NCBI GenBank assembly: GCA_963847445.1
Contig: CAWJZV010000033.1
Coordinates: forward strand, 32,001-96,000
DNA length: 64,000 nt
From: an uncultured delta proteobacterium
Lineage (GTDB): Bacteria > Desulfobacterota > Binatia > UBA9968
Direction of reading: 5' to 3'
This document shows, piece after piece, positions 9,890 to 21,498 of this stretch; the stretch's first letter is position 1; each line of letters opens with the position of its first letter. Made by a program: the position numbers and the translations under genes. The notes under the pieces are model-generated. The model searched no databases, had not been told where the DNA came from, and was given only the letters and a program-made list of their open reading frames with translations.

Positions 9890-10830
9890 ATGGCCTGTGA
9901 TAATTCATATGGGCGAACTTTGCTGTCGCGCCGCCAGGTATTGCGCGCCGGAGTTGGCGCAGGTGCGCTCGCACTGATGCGAGGTCGTGCTATGGCGCAA
10001 TCGATTCTACGTAAACCGATCCCACGCAGCGGTGAGTTATTGCCGGTCGTCGGCCTCGGCACCTGGCAAACCTTCGACGTTGGCGCAGCTTCGACCGAGC
10101 GTGCGTCCTTGAAAGAGGTCCTGCGCGAGTTTGTTCAGCGTGGCGGCAGCGTCATCGACTCTTCGCCAATGTATGGCAGGTCAGAAACCGTCGGCGGCGA
10201 TCTCGCCGCCGAACTTGGCATTCACAAGCAACTCTTCGTCGCGACCAAAGTGTGGACCAGCGGGCGCGAGGCGGGCATTCGCCAGATGGAGGAATCGTTC
10301 CGCCGGCTTGCGCGTGCAGAAACTCGACCTCATGCAGGTGCACAATCTACTCGACTACCGCACGCATCTGACGACGCTGCGAACGTTGGCGAGACGAGGG
10401 CAAGATTGATTACCTCGGCGTGACCCATTACCATGCCGGCGCTTATGCCGAACTGGCTCGGGTGTTGGCAGCCGAGGAGTTGGATTTCGTCCAACTAAAC
10501 TACTCGATGGCGGAACGCGACGCCGAAGAGCGGCTGTTGCCGCTCGCCGCAGACAAACGTATCGCGGTGCTGGTCAACCGGCCCTTCGCCGAAGGCGCGT
10601 TGTTTAAGCACACCCGCGGCAAAACTTTGCCGCCCTGGTCCAAAGAGTTCGGCTGTGCCAGTTGGGCGCAATTTTTTCTGAAGTTCATCATCGCCCATCC
10701 GGCGGTCACCTGCGCTATTCCCGCGACCAGCAAAGTCAGCCACCTGATCGACAACCTGCAGGCGGGAGTTGGCCCGCTGCCTGATGCGCGGATGCGCGCG
10801 CAAATGGCGCGCTACTTAGCTGAGGCTTAG
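9890..10830 (+). CDS. Aldo/keto reductase with Tat signal (frameshifted)
   Basis: LSRRQVL twin-arginine; GLGTWQTF, DSSPMYG, ATKVW, LDLMQVHN, VQLNYS, AIPATS. Confidence 0.88.
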
Positions 10831-10858
10831 AAAGCTGCGCAGGCCAGCTTCAACGCGC

Positions 10859-11473
10859 CTACTTCTTCGCCGCGCCCCAAACTTCTTCCAGCCGCTGCGC
10901 CCGGCCGCAGCCATGGGAATAGAGTTTGTAGCGCACCGGATTTTTCTTGTAGTAGTCCTGGTGATAATCCTCGGCCGGGTAAAAAACCGTCGCGGCGGTG
11001 ATTTCGGTCGCCACCGGCTGCTTGAAGCGGGCTTGAATCGACTTCTTCGATTTCTCGGCGGCGCTTTTTTGATTGCCATCGTGATAAAAAATTCCCGAGC
11101 GGTACTGGCTGCCGAGATCGCAGAACTGGCCGTTGGCGGCGAGCGGATCGATGTTGCGCCAAAACACCTCTAACAACTTATCGTAGGTAATCTTTTTCGG
11201 ATCGTAGACGACCTGCAAGGCTTCGGTATGGCCGGTGGTCCCGGTGCTGACTTGCTCGTAGGTCGGGTTCTTGGTCTTGCCGGAGATATAGCCGGAAGTC
11301 GTCGAGATCACGCCGTCGAGTTCGTCGAAGGGCGGCTCCATGCACCAGAAGCAGCCGCCGGCAAAGGTCGCCTTGGCGGTTTGCGCGCTGCCAGGCGCTG
11401 GCGCGGCGAATAGCAGCAGCGCGGCGAGCCCGCAAGACTGTACCAACCTAATGAATATTTGCCGAGTTCTCAT
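10859..11473 (-). CDS. msrA: Peptide methionine sulfoxide reductase MsrA (exported)
   Basis: FAGGCFWC, GHTEA, QYRSGIF, AEDYHQDY; signal peptide; GGAGG RBS. Confidence 0.95.
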   Translation of the reverse strand: MRTRQIFIRLVQSCGLAALLLFAAPAPGSAQTAKATFAGGCFWCMEPPFDELDGVISTTSGYISGKTKNPTYEQVSTGTTGHTEALQVVYDPKKITYDKLLEVFWRNIDPLAANGQFCDLGSQYRSGIFYHDGNQKSAAEKSKKSIQARFKQPVATEITAATVFYPAEDYHQDYYKKNPVRYKLYSHGCGRAQRLEEVWGAAKK

Positions 11474-11716
11474 GGCACCTCCGATAAAATTAGTTTTCAA
11501 GGCACAACATATCCCGGGCACAGTCGCTCGCAAGAGCGCGGGTCATTCTTGCAAGCCATAACCGCCAAACCCCGCGGCAAGTTCCCGATGGCCATGGATA
11601 ACTTGCCGGGCCAGGCAAAAGGTCATATACCACAACTTGGCAGGTCACGAAGGTTTTAACGTTATCCGACTGCCGATTCTACGGCGCGATCGGCCAATAA
11701 ATTTTTGGAGATTTTC

Positions 11717-12803
11717 ATGCGTGTGATTGACTGCGATGCCCATGTCGAAGAGAGCGTCGAAACTTGGCAGTATCTCGATCCGGAGTTCTATCTGCTCCGG
11801 CCGATCCCGGTGGTTTTCCCCGAAGATACCTGTTTCGGCACCCACAATGCTGCATGGGTGATCGATTATAAGCTGCGTTTCTTCGCCTCCAATCCGACCT
11901 CGATGAAACGCGCCCATGACAAAGACACGTCGATTCCGGTGCAAGAGCTGCGCGATGTCAAACAGCGCATCGCCTGTATGGATGAACTTAGCCATCGACA
12001 CCCAGGTGGTGTTCCCATCATCTGGCTCGGTTGTCTCGCCGAGAACGTCGAGCTCGAAGCGGCTCTGGCGCGCAGCTACAATCAATTCATGGCGACGCAA
12101 TGCAACTCAGTCCGGCGGCCGCATCTGGTATGTCGCCATCGTGCCCTGGCGCCGGCCCGATCTCGCCGTCCAGGAAATCCGCCGCGTCAAAGCTTTGGGC
12201 TCCGCCGCCGGCATCTTCGCCCGCGGTCTCGAATGGGACCGGCCGTTGACCCACCCGGATCATTGGCCGATCTACCAGGAGGCCGAGCGCCAGGATCTGC
12301 CGGTCACGGTGCATACCGGCAATGGTTCGAGCCCGACCATCAGCCGTATGCTCGAAGGCGTGCCGCGGCCTTATTACGATGAATTTCCGCAAATCCACCC
12401 GCTCGGCCGCGGCATCGTCAGCAATCCCTATGTGCTCTATGGCTTCACGCAGATCTTCAGCTCGACGCTGCTCGACGACTTCCCCAAACTGCGCGTCGCC
12501 TTTCTCGAAGCCGGTATCGAGTGGACCCCCCGCTTGGTCAAAGGACTAGGCGAGAAGCGCCGGGCCAAGGTCGATCGCTGGTTGGCCGAACAGGTATTCG
12601 TGTCTTGCGCCATCGATGACGATCTGCCCTATGTCGCGAGCAAGCTCGGCGATGACTTCATCGTCACCGCCACCGACTTTCCCCATGGCGACGCTTTTCG
12701 GCAAGACCAATTGGCCCAGGGGTTGATAAAACGGGGCGATCTCAGCAGCACAACCATCGAGAAAATCCTCAACAAAAACCCTGATCGGCTGTATCATCTC
12801 TAA
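11717..12803 (+). CDS. Amidohydrolase_2 family protein (frameshifted)
   Basis: VIDCDAHVEE, VHTG, LRVAFLEAG, ATDFPHGD. Confidence 0.87.
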
Positions 12804-12905
12804 CCGAAGGCACGGACAATCGCTGAATCCGGAAGCGACTCTTGGGAAGAAAGTGGCGTGCATCGCAGCATTCGCGTCTGCCATCATAAAAATTTCCTGA
12901 ATTTA

Positions 12906-12934
12906 TTGAAGTGCGCCCTCTCTCATGGTATATT
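12906..12934 (+). promoter_or_regulatory. Sigma70-type promoter of the desaturase operon
   Basis: TTGAAG-17 bp-TATATT with extended -10 TGn, about 60 bp upstream of ATG 12997. Confidence 0.55.
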
Positions 12935-12996
12935 CTCGGGATTAATGAAGCACTCATTCCTTCGAACTGCGACCGCCTCAGTGGTCCAATGGTTCA

Positions 12997-14033
12997 ATGC
13001 TGACTTCCATGCCACCGGCCAAGGTTAGCAGAGTCCAAGGATGTCGACCGGATCAATTGGGTACGCAGCATTCCGTTCATCATCATGCACTTGGTTGTCT
13101 CGGCGTTTTTCTGGTCGGCTGGAGCTGGACCGCGGTGGCTACCGCGGCGGCGCTTTACTTCGTGCGCATGTTCGCGATCACCGGCATTTACCATCGTTAT
13201 TTTTCCCATCGCACCTTCAAGACCTCGCGGCCGGCGCAATTTATCTTTCGCCCTCTTGGGCGCGTCGGCGACCCAGCGGGGCCGCTTTGGTGGGCCGCCA
13301 ATCATCGAGAACATCATCGCAATTCCGATACGCCCGACGACCCCCATTCGCCGGTGCACTACGGTTTCTTTCGCTCCCTCATGCGGCTGGTTCATGTGCA
13401 ACCGTTTTTACGCCACCCAGTACAATCGCATCCAAGACTTTGCCCGCTTCCCTGAGCTCGTCTGGCTCAATCGCTTACGACAAGGCCGTGCCGCTCTCTT
13501 TGGCGTCGTTGCTTTACTTATCGGCCTCGGCCTGAGATAACGCGCCGTCCCTTGGCGTCACCGGCCTGCAACTCTTCGTTTGGGGTTTCGTCATCAGCAC
13601 CACGGTGTTGTTTCAGGCACCGCCACGATCAATTCGCTGTCGCATATTTACGGCAAGCAAGCGCTATGACACCGGCGACGAAAGCAGAAATAACTTTTGG
13701 CTGGCGCTGATTACCCTCGGTGAAGGCTGGCACAACAACCATCACCAACATATGGGTTGCGTCCGCCAGGGCTTCTATTGGTGGGAAATCGACGTTACCT
13801 ACTATATTCTCAAGTCGTTGTCGTGGTTCGGCATCATCTGGGATTTGAAACCGGTGCCGGTCAAAGCCTACGATCGCAACGAACAGCTGCCGGTCAAGAA
13901 AATGACATCGGCGCTAGCCGAACCGCTGCTTCCCCGGCCAAATCCACTACCACGGCGAAGTTCTCATCGCCGCCATCCGTTAGTCGAATTGCGGCCGGCA
14001 AAGTCACTTGCGCTTTGTCGCCGAGATCGCTAG
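12997..14033 (+). CDS. Acyl-CoA (delta-9) fatty acid desaturase (several frameshifts; 3' end uncertain)
   Basis: His boxes YHRYFSH, HREHH, GEGWHNNHH; SRNNFWLALITLGE; WWEIDVTYY. Confidence 0.88.
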
Positions 14034-14058
14034 CATCGGCGACAAGCTTCGCTAGCAT

Positions 14059-14576
14059 ATGCCACCCATACCCGATATTTTCAGTAAGGTCGTTCTGTTC
14101 CAAGACCTCGAAGCCGATTCCTTAGCCACTCTTGCGCCCTTGCTGATCGCCAGGAAGTTCACTGCCGGCACAGTGATTTTTCGCGAACTGGACGACTCCG
14201 ATGCGCTCTATATCGTCGATCAAGGCACGGTCGTCGTCAGCAAACATGTCAGCGACGATGTCGACATGGTGCTGACGCGCTTTCACGCGCGGCGACTTCT
14301 TTGGCGAGATGGGATTGTTCGACAACGCGCCGCGCTCGGCCACCGCCAATGTCGAAACCGACTCGCTCCTGTGGCGCCTCGACCGCGGCGTTTTTCACGA
14401 TATTTTTTCGCATCATCCCGGAGATGGCCGCGAAGATTTGCTACCGGCTGGTGACGATTTTTATCGAACGGCTGCGCGTCACCAACGAGCAGACCCGCGA
14501 CGCCATCCGCTGGGGTTTGGAAGCCACCGGCTATGCCTCCGGCAGCCAATCGCTGTTCGGTCGCAAGTCGACGTAA
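14059..14576 (+). CDS. Stand-alone cyclic-nucleotide-binding domain protein (frameshift near 14290)
   Basis: VIFRE..DALYIVDQGTVVV...GDFFGEMGLFDNAPRSATA; C-helix LVTIFIERLRVTN; no HTH. Confidence 0.85.
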
Positions 14577-14584
14577 CCGCGATC

Positions 14585-15811
14585 ATGGCCGAACCGGCGA
14601 AACTCCAACTGCTCACGCGCAAACCTGGCGAAGCGGGCTTTCAGCTCCACGAGATCCACAGCAGCCAAGCCCATCTCGGTTACCGGCCACGGCGCATCGC
14701 CGAGGAGTTCTGGGCGATCACCGCGCAACCCCGGAGCGCCGACGGCGGCCGCGCCTACGTGCTCAAAAATCTCCAACGCGACCGCTACCTGTTACTCGAC
14801 AGTAAGGAGTTCTTTCTCTGGGACCGCTTCGACGGCAGTCTCTCCCTCGAAGAAATCGCGCGATCGTATCATCACAGCTTCGGCGCCTTCGACTACGCCA
14901 TCATCCGCCAATTTCTGGCTAAGCTCTACCAGGCCGGCTTGCTCATCGAACGGGAAAACTTAGCGCTGCAACAAAGTCTAGTCCGTAGCCAGAGCGAAAT
15001 TTTGGGCGATGGGATTTAGTTCCGCGGCAAAATACTGGCGCAGAATATCCTTCACCGTGGCCAACGCCGACCGGCTTTGTGCCGGGATTTACCGCTACGG
15101 CGGCTTTCTCCTGTTCCACCCGCTCACGCCTCGGCCTGACAATTCTTCTCGCAATCCTGGCTGGCATCGCGGCGCTTGCGCTTGAGCCCCCAGGCCAAGC
15201 AGTTCACCCAACTGCTCGCCGCCACGCCATGGCTCAGCGGCGCGATCATGTTGGCCTCACTGTTGGCGGTGTCGATGATGCACGTGACGGTGCACGCTCT
15301 GGCGTGCAAAGCCTACGGCCGGCGCGTCCGTGAGATCGGTTTCTTTCTGCTGCAAGGAGTCTTGCCGACGTTTTACGCCGATGTCACCGATATCTTCATG
15401 TCGACACGGCGGGCGCGGGTGATCGTCGATCTCGCCGGCCCGTTGGTCGAACTGTTTTGGGGCAGCGTGGCTTTTCTCGTGGCGTATCAAGTCCAGCCCG
15501 GTGTCGGCCAAGCGTTCTTGTTCGGCATCGGCGTCGTGCTCTGGGAAGGCGCGCTGATTAATCTCTATCCGTTTAGTTTCCTCGAATTGGACGGCTACAA
15601 CATCGTCGCCGATCTGTTGGCGATGCCGACCCTGCGCCAGCAAGCCTTGGCGCTGGCACCGCAACTGCACCGACGCTTGCTACGACCCAACACACTAACT
15701 AAAGCGGAATGGATTCAAATCGCCTATCTGCTGCTCTGCTTGGTCTCCGTAGTGATTTACCTGATCGCCCACCTCGACTTTGTGCGCGGCTTGCTGCCCA
15801 GTTGGAAGTGA
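14585..15811 (+). CDS. PqqD/RRE-like domain fused to M50-family membrane metallopeptidase (HExxH reads HVTVH); frameshifted
   Basis: YVLKN..RYLLL..FLWDRFDGSLSLEEIA..FLAKLYQAGLL; HVTVHALACK, PTFYADVTD, LAGP, NLYPFSFLELDGY. Confidence 0.8.
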
Positions 15812-15828
15812 ACGACCGTGTCTTGAAC

Positions 15829-16883
15829 CTATCCCTGCCTTCGCCCCAGATCCCTCAACCCGCGCTCCCACTTGTCCAGCTCTTTTTCCAACTGTTGAAT
15901 CGACATGCCCTTTTCCGCATACCAGCGTTTAAAGCCATACTCCTTCGCCGGGCTGCCGTAGTCATAGGCTTCGAGTATTTTCTGGCCATCCGGACTAAAG
16001 AGAAAATCGACAAATAATGCGGCCGCGTGGGGATGGGGCGCTTGCGATGACAGCGCGGCGCTGCCGGCGCTGGCCGGCACGATATCCATCGGCACCCACA
16101 CCACCGGCGCTTTTTTTTGCGCCGCCACCAGGGCGTGGTTGCGAAAGATCGTCGGCGACGCTTCGACTTCGCCGGTGATGATGAAGTCGTTCATCGCCTG
16201 GCCGGACACCGAGTGCATGGTGATGTCTTGGCCGCGCAGCCGTTTGAGATATTCCTCGCCCTTGGCGAGCAGCATGCCGCCCACCGTGCGCGATCCGGTG
16301 TCGGTGGTGACGAACGACATCCGCCCCTTGAGCGCCGGTTTCAACAAATCGTCGTAGTTTTTCGGCACCGCGCTCGCCGGCAGCTTGTTCTTGTTGTAAG
16401 CGAAGCCCATGTAGGATTCGCGCACCGTCCCCCAATACACCGCGCCCTTGCCCGCCTCTTCCCGCGCGTCAGGAATGAGTCGGGCGATATGCGGGTTGGT
16501 AAACGGCTGAATCAGTTTGAGCGCCTGCATCAACATGAGCAGCGGCAACGAGCTTTCCGCCACATCCATCAAGTAGCGTTTCGCCTGCGCCTCGGCAAGA
16601 AATTTGGAAATCAAATCCTTGCTCGTGCCCCGGTAGGATTCCACCTGCACGCCGTATTTCACCTCGAACGCCTTGGCCAGCTCACGATAGGAGTTGCCCG
16701 CCAACGCCGTGTACCAAATGATCTTGCCTTCCTTTTTCGCCCCAGCGGCAAGCATCTGCTCGCGGTCGGGGCCAGTGTACATTGCCAGTTCGGCGATGGT
16801 GGCGGGTTTGGCGGTCTGCGCCGCCAGCCTGAGCGGCAGCAGCAGAAAGTAAACCGATCACTATGATAATCAGAATTTCGCAC
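15829..16883 (-). CDS. ABC-type extracellular solute-binding protein (Fe3+/thiamine class), orphan
   Basis: GAKKEGKIIWY, YDDLLKP.LKG, APHPHAAALFVDFL; GTG 16883 with GGAGG; signal peptide frameshifted. Confidence 0.87.
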
Positions 16884-16908
16884 GGTAATCCTCCGTCAAG
16901 CCTTTCAT

Positions 16909-17490
16909 TCATTGACGCCAAGCGTAATCCGTTTCCGGTTTCAACGCCGCCGGATTCTCCCGGTCAAATTCCCAATGCATAGGATTGTCGAGAATATACT
17001 GGCGAATGCGATTCAAGGAATCTTCGTTACGGATGACATGTTCGAAGTAGTTGCGCTGCCATATCGGTTCGCCCGGCGAGCCCCGCGCAGTTCATTGATA
17101 TGTTTAGTGGCCGCAGCTTTGAACGATCGAACAATCGCACCAAAGATGCCGCCCTGGATTGGCGATCTCGGATCCTGTAGGGGCGACCGGCCGGTGCCCT
17201 CCCCTACCCGTCGGCAATCACGAAACACCGTGAACATGATTCGGCATTACAACAAAGGCATCCAGTTCGATTTCTTTGCGTAATGCTCCGTGCTGACATT
17301 CCCCGCATTCATCTTGAACTGTTCGGCCCCAATCGTTTGATCGCATTTCCCCGTCAACAATGTCTCCGAACAAACAGCTTCGATCTTTCGTGACAATCGT
17401 TATAAAATACGCACCGGCCTGGCGTAGTCATAGTTCTTGCAATCGAATCGAACGACGATGCGTGATTCGGGACGATTCGTTCATCAGCAT
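16909..17490 (-). mobile_element. REP-associated tyrosine (HUH/Y1) transposase RAYT, multiply frameshifted (probable pseudogene)
   Basis: Manual translation: HRRSIRL..YDY..GAYFITIVT..LFG..FVVMPNHVHG..GAIVRSFK..WQRNYFEHVIRNE..IRQYILDNP. Confidence 0.85.
17177..17207. repeat. GTAG-type REP inside the RAYT gene
   Basis: gtaggggcgaccggccggtgccctcccctac. Confidence 0.75.
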
Positions 17491-17496
17491 TTAGAA

Positions 17497-17521
17497 GAGG
17501 GCGACCGTCGGTCGCCCCTAC
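17497..17521. repeat. GTAG-type REP upstream of RAYT
   Basis: gagggcgaccgtcggtcgcccctac (GTAGGGGCGACC on the minus strand). Confidence 0.75.
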
Positions 17522-17568
17522 ATACGGATGAAAACTCCGCATGATCGGCAGCTACACCCACTTACCGC

Positions 17569-18520
17569 TCACACCCCCGGCAACGCCGCCGCGTCGGGAT
17601 GAAAAAACGTCTTGTAGTCGATGCGCGTCGGCGTCAGACCTTGCTCATGGGCATACTGGGTCATCGCTTCCAACTCGCGCACGTTGTTCGGCACGTTGTA
17701 GGCCCAATAGTCGTCACCCATCAGTTCGCGTTGCTCGGCGACGGCAGCGGCGATCCAGGAATAGGCGATCACTTGCGGGTCGGGGCCGACGAGACGATCG
17801 AAGGCGACGTCACGCGACTTGCGGAAAGCCTTGAGCAGCGCCACCGGCGCGTTGGGATGTTTATCGACGAAGGCTTGTTTCAAGGTCACGATATGGCTGG
17901 TCGGGAATATTTTCGTCTGGCGGTAATACTCCTGCTCCTCCTTGCGGAAGTCGCGAAACAGCCGGCGCATGCGCGGATCGCGCGCCGTGATCGACGGCAG
18001 CACGTTAGGTCCAATAACCGCGTCGATCTTGCCGTCGAGCAGCATGTTGTCGAGCAACAGATCCGGATCGTCGTTGGAATCGATCTGCTCGATGCGAATG
18101 CCCTCGGCCAGCGCCATCTTCTTCGCCCGCGGCGAGCACCAGTTGATCTTTTTCAAATCGACGCCGTAATAATGTTGCAGCGCGCCGCGCGCCCACACGC
18201 CGGCGGTGTTGTCCCATTGCATGATGCCGACGCGCCGGCCTTCCAGCCCCTTCGGCGATCTCGATGCCCGCTTTGCTGTTGACGTAAATGTACGCCAGCC
18301 GAAACTTGCGGTTGGGAAACGCCGGGATGGAAATATGCGCCTCGCCTTTCGCGTAGGCGCGCACCCGCGCGGCAAAGCCGCAGTCCCAGGCGTCGCATTC
18401 CTCTTCCGTCGGCACGAATTCCCAGTCAAAACCGTCGATCTTCACGGTGCCGTCGGTGATCGGAATATTGGTATCGATGGTCGGTTCGCGAAAATAAAAG
18501 CGCAGTTTTGGATTGGCCAT
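17569..18520 (-). CDS. 4,5-dihydroxyphthalate decarboxylase-like (PBP2-fold) protein (frameshift near 18260)
   Basis: DGTVKIDG, IPAFPNRKFR..IYVN, LEGRRVG..TAGVWARG.L...YGVDL, IFPTSH; no signal peptide. Confidence 0.78.
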
Positions 18521-18595
18521 GGCAAACTCCTTATTAGATCGATTGCCGCAACATAGCCCGACAAACGGTTAGGGTTCAATCGCCGGGGGAAAGTT

Positions 18596-18670
18596 GGAGA
18601 GTGGAGTACTAGAGTATTGGGTTTCGGAATTTCCGGACCACCACTCCATTACTCCAACACTCCATCACTC
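18596..18670. repeat. 8-bp periodic GGAGTATT/ACTCCATT inverted repeat
   Basis: tggagagtggagtactagagtattggg ... ccactccattactccaacactccatcactc. Confidence 0.7.
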
Positions 18671-18684
18671 GCATTTTCACTTGC

Positions 18685-18713
18685 TTGACACCCTTTGCCA
18701 AACTGCATAGTTA
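18685..18713 (+). promoter_or_regulatory. Possible sigma70 promoter
   Basis: TTGACA-17 bp-TAGTTA upstream of ATG 18752; weak -10. Confidence 0.35.
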
Positions 18714-18751
18714 ATTTAAGCACTAAGTACGCACGCGAAAGGACTCTCCCC

Positions 18752-19907
18752 ATGGCAAGGCAGTACAAATGCATTTCCGGCGACGGCCATATCGATTTGA
18801 ATCCCGACATCTGGCGCGACCGCGTTCAAGCGAAGTATCGCGAGCGCGCGCCGAAGCGAGTAAAAATGGCCAACGGTTCGGATGCCGTGGTCATCGACGG
18901 CGGTAAACCGAACACCATCGGCATTACCCGCAGCGTGCGCGTCGCCCATACGGATCTAGCCAAGCAAGTGCCGACGTTTGAAACTTGCGCGGGCACCGGG
19001 TCATCGCAGCAACGATTGGACGAGCAGGTGCAGGACGGCATCGATTGCGAGATTCTATTTTCCCAGATCACTTTCGTCCTGCGGCAAACCACCGGACGAC
19101 GATTTCTATCGCGACTGCATTCGCGCCTACAATGAATTTCTTGGCGAAGAATACAGCGCGCCGGCGCCCGACCGTTTGGTTTGCATGGGCACCCTGCCCA
19201 CCACCAGCGTCGGCGATGCCATCAAGGAAATGGAGCATTGCGCTAAGCTCGGCATGAAAGGCGTCAAGCTCGACCGTTATCCCAGCGGCAAGAGCTATCC
19301 TACCGCCGAAGACGACAAGTTTTGGGCCGCCGCCATCGACATGCGCATGGCGCTCACCAACCATAACAACGGCAACTTGGGTTCGGGCAAAGGCCAGCCC
19401 GACTATCTCTACGCCAAGGACCCCGGCCACGACGTGCACCAGAAAGATGCCTTCAAGTTTTTTACCCGCTTCACCAACGACGCCATGACCGCGCCTTTGC
19501 AGATGGCCTTTGCCGGCGTGTGGGATCGCTTTCCCAAACTCGAATTTTATTGGGCGGAAACTATGATCGGCTGGTTAGAGTACGGCCTGTGGCAGGTCGA
19601 CGACCATTACAAACGCTACATGGGCATGATCCACGACGCCTGGGGACTGCCGAAGTTGGAGCGCATGCCGAGCGAATACATCAAAGATCGCAACTACTGG
19701 GGCTTTCTGCGCGATCCGGTGGGCATTAAACGGCGCGATAGCATCGGTTACGACAAGCTCATGTGGGGCACCGACTTCGCCCACGCCGCCAGCGACTATC
19801 CCAACTCGCAAAAATACTTGGCAGAAGACTTTGCCGGCGTGCCGGAAAACGAGCTGCGCGCCATGTTGGTGGATAATTGTGTACGGTATTTTCACCTAAA
19901 CGATTGA
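18752..19907 (+). CDS. Amidohydrolase_2 family protein (frameshift near 19090)
   Basis: ISGDGHID, IRAYNEFL, WDRFPKL...AE, MWGTDFAH. Confidence 0.88.
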
Positions 19908-19917
19908 GCGATACCCG

Positions 19918-19989
19918 ACTGGAACAATTGGAACCCTTGGAACTTCTGGAACGCGTTCCAATTGTTCCAGCGGTTCCAATCGTTCCAAT
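19918..19989. repeat. Family B 9-mer inverted array
   Basis: (tggaac-xxx)4 followed by (gttcca-xxx)4, forming a hairpin. Confidence 0.8.
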
Positions 19990-20023
19990 AGGCTTTAAAA
20001 GCCCAGCGAAGCTAGGAGATAAA

Positions 20024-21048
20024 ATGAGTGACGTCGGCACGACTCACGAAGACCTCGAACGATTCTTAGGCGATCATTATTTAGTCGGCGCCGGGACTGA
20101 AACGCGACAAGCGGGTAACGCCACGCGCGGGCAAGACCGCGGCGCATTGGAAATGGGACGGCATTTACCGCGGTCTTCAACGTTCCGGCGAGATCGTCAC
20201 GGTCGGGCCCGAACGGCATGACCGGCATGCGCTCGGTGGTCGGCATCGAAGCGAAGAACTTCCCGATCTGGATGAACGCGCAAATTCTCATGCCCGGCGA
20301 GCGCACCCAATGCCACCGCAACCTGCGCAGTGAGACGCGGCTGGTCTGTGAAGCGCCCAAGGACGCGGTATTCGTCTGCGAGTACGAAGCCTACCCGATG
20401 GAGCGCGGCGATGTCGTCATCAGCCCGGCGTGGACCTACCACGATCACTGGAACAAAGATAAAACGCCGGCGATCTGGATCGACGGCTATGACAACGGCT
20501 ATAACCCGAACGTCAACATCAACGAGCGCTTCCCCAACGACAGTCCCTACGAAGAAGTGAAAAAGCCGGCGGGTTACGGCCAGCGCACCCTCGGCCTGGC
20601 GCGCCCCATCGCGAACGAAGCACCGTTTCCGCTGCCGCCCATGCGTTATCCCTGGGCCGACACCCATGCCGCCTTGATGGCGCTGCGTGAAAACAACGAG
20701 AGCGACCCCTACGACGGCGTGATGATCATGCTCGCCAGCCCGGTGGACGGCGGCCCGACGCTGCCGACCATCGCCTGGCAAGCGCAGCTGCTAGCGAAAA
20801 AACAAAAAACCATGGCGCACCGCCACAACAGCACCACCTTCTACTTCGCGTTTGAAGGCGCCGGCGCGGTGGTCATCGACGGCGAACGGTTGGAATACCA
20901 CAAAGGCGACATCTTCGCCGTGCCGGCTTGGACCTGGCACCATCACGAGAATACCAACGGCGACGATACGATTCTATTCTCCATCGACGACTGGCCGGCG
21001 ATGAAAAAGCTTGGCTTTTACATGAAAGAAGACGCCAAGGGATTTTGA
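20024..21048 (+). CDS. Gentisate 1,2-dioxygenase-like bicupin (frameshifted N-terminus)
   Basis: QILMPGE..HRN..GDVVISPAWTYHDH; RYPW; GGPTLPTI; HRHNS..GDIFAVPAWTWHHH; AGGAG RBS. Confidence 0.82.
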
Positions 21049-21094
21049 TAGATTTGCTACAGCAGTCCAGGCGCGCACGACGTGAACATCCATG

Positions 21095-21432
21095 TTCACC
21101 ACGAAGGACACGAAAAACACGAAGGTCTCGGAAACTATTTCTTCTCTTAACTGCGTGTCCTTCGTATTACATAAGTTAGAAATTCGTGCGGCTTGCGCAA
21201 ATTTTCTTAGCCCGGAACGTCTCGGATTCGGATATTCCTCGCGCCAAGGACGCCAAGGTCGGAAAGTGAAAGGCCAAGGCCGGTCATGCCGATGGGATGC
21301 GAGGGATATCGGAAAGATTTCTCCCTTCGGTCGAAATGACATATTTCCCTTACCTTTGCGCCCTTTGCGTGCTTTGCGCGAGCTGTTCCGAGTCTCGCTT
21401 GCGGCGCGCCGCGCCAGAACCTTCGTGGTGAA
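21095..21432. repeat. Triple-nested palindromic repeats: A containing C containing D
   Basis: A arms 21095-21125 and 21421-21432; C arms 21237-21258 and 21354-21382; GTCAT...ATGAC element 21283-21340. Confidence 0.75.
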
Positions 21433-21473
21433 CTGCGTCATTGTTTCTCGATCACGACCGCACCGCCTTCGTC

Positions 21474-21498
21474 GCGGGCGGGTTTTAAACCCGCCCGC
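21474..21498. repeat. REP-like hairpin GGCGGGTTTxAAACCCGCC
   Basis: gcgggcgggttttaaacccgcccgc; related copy at 61092-61117. Confidence 0.65.

Noticed and set aside
14309-15019. Apparent cNMP-RRE fusion ORF
   Set aside because: The cNMP C-helix and stop (14576) lie in another frame, and ATG 14585 starts the next gene. A real fusion is not fully excluded.
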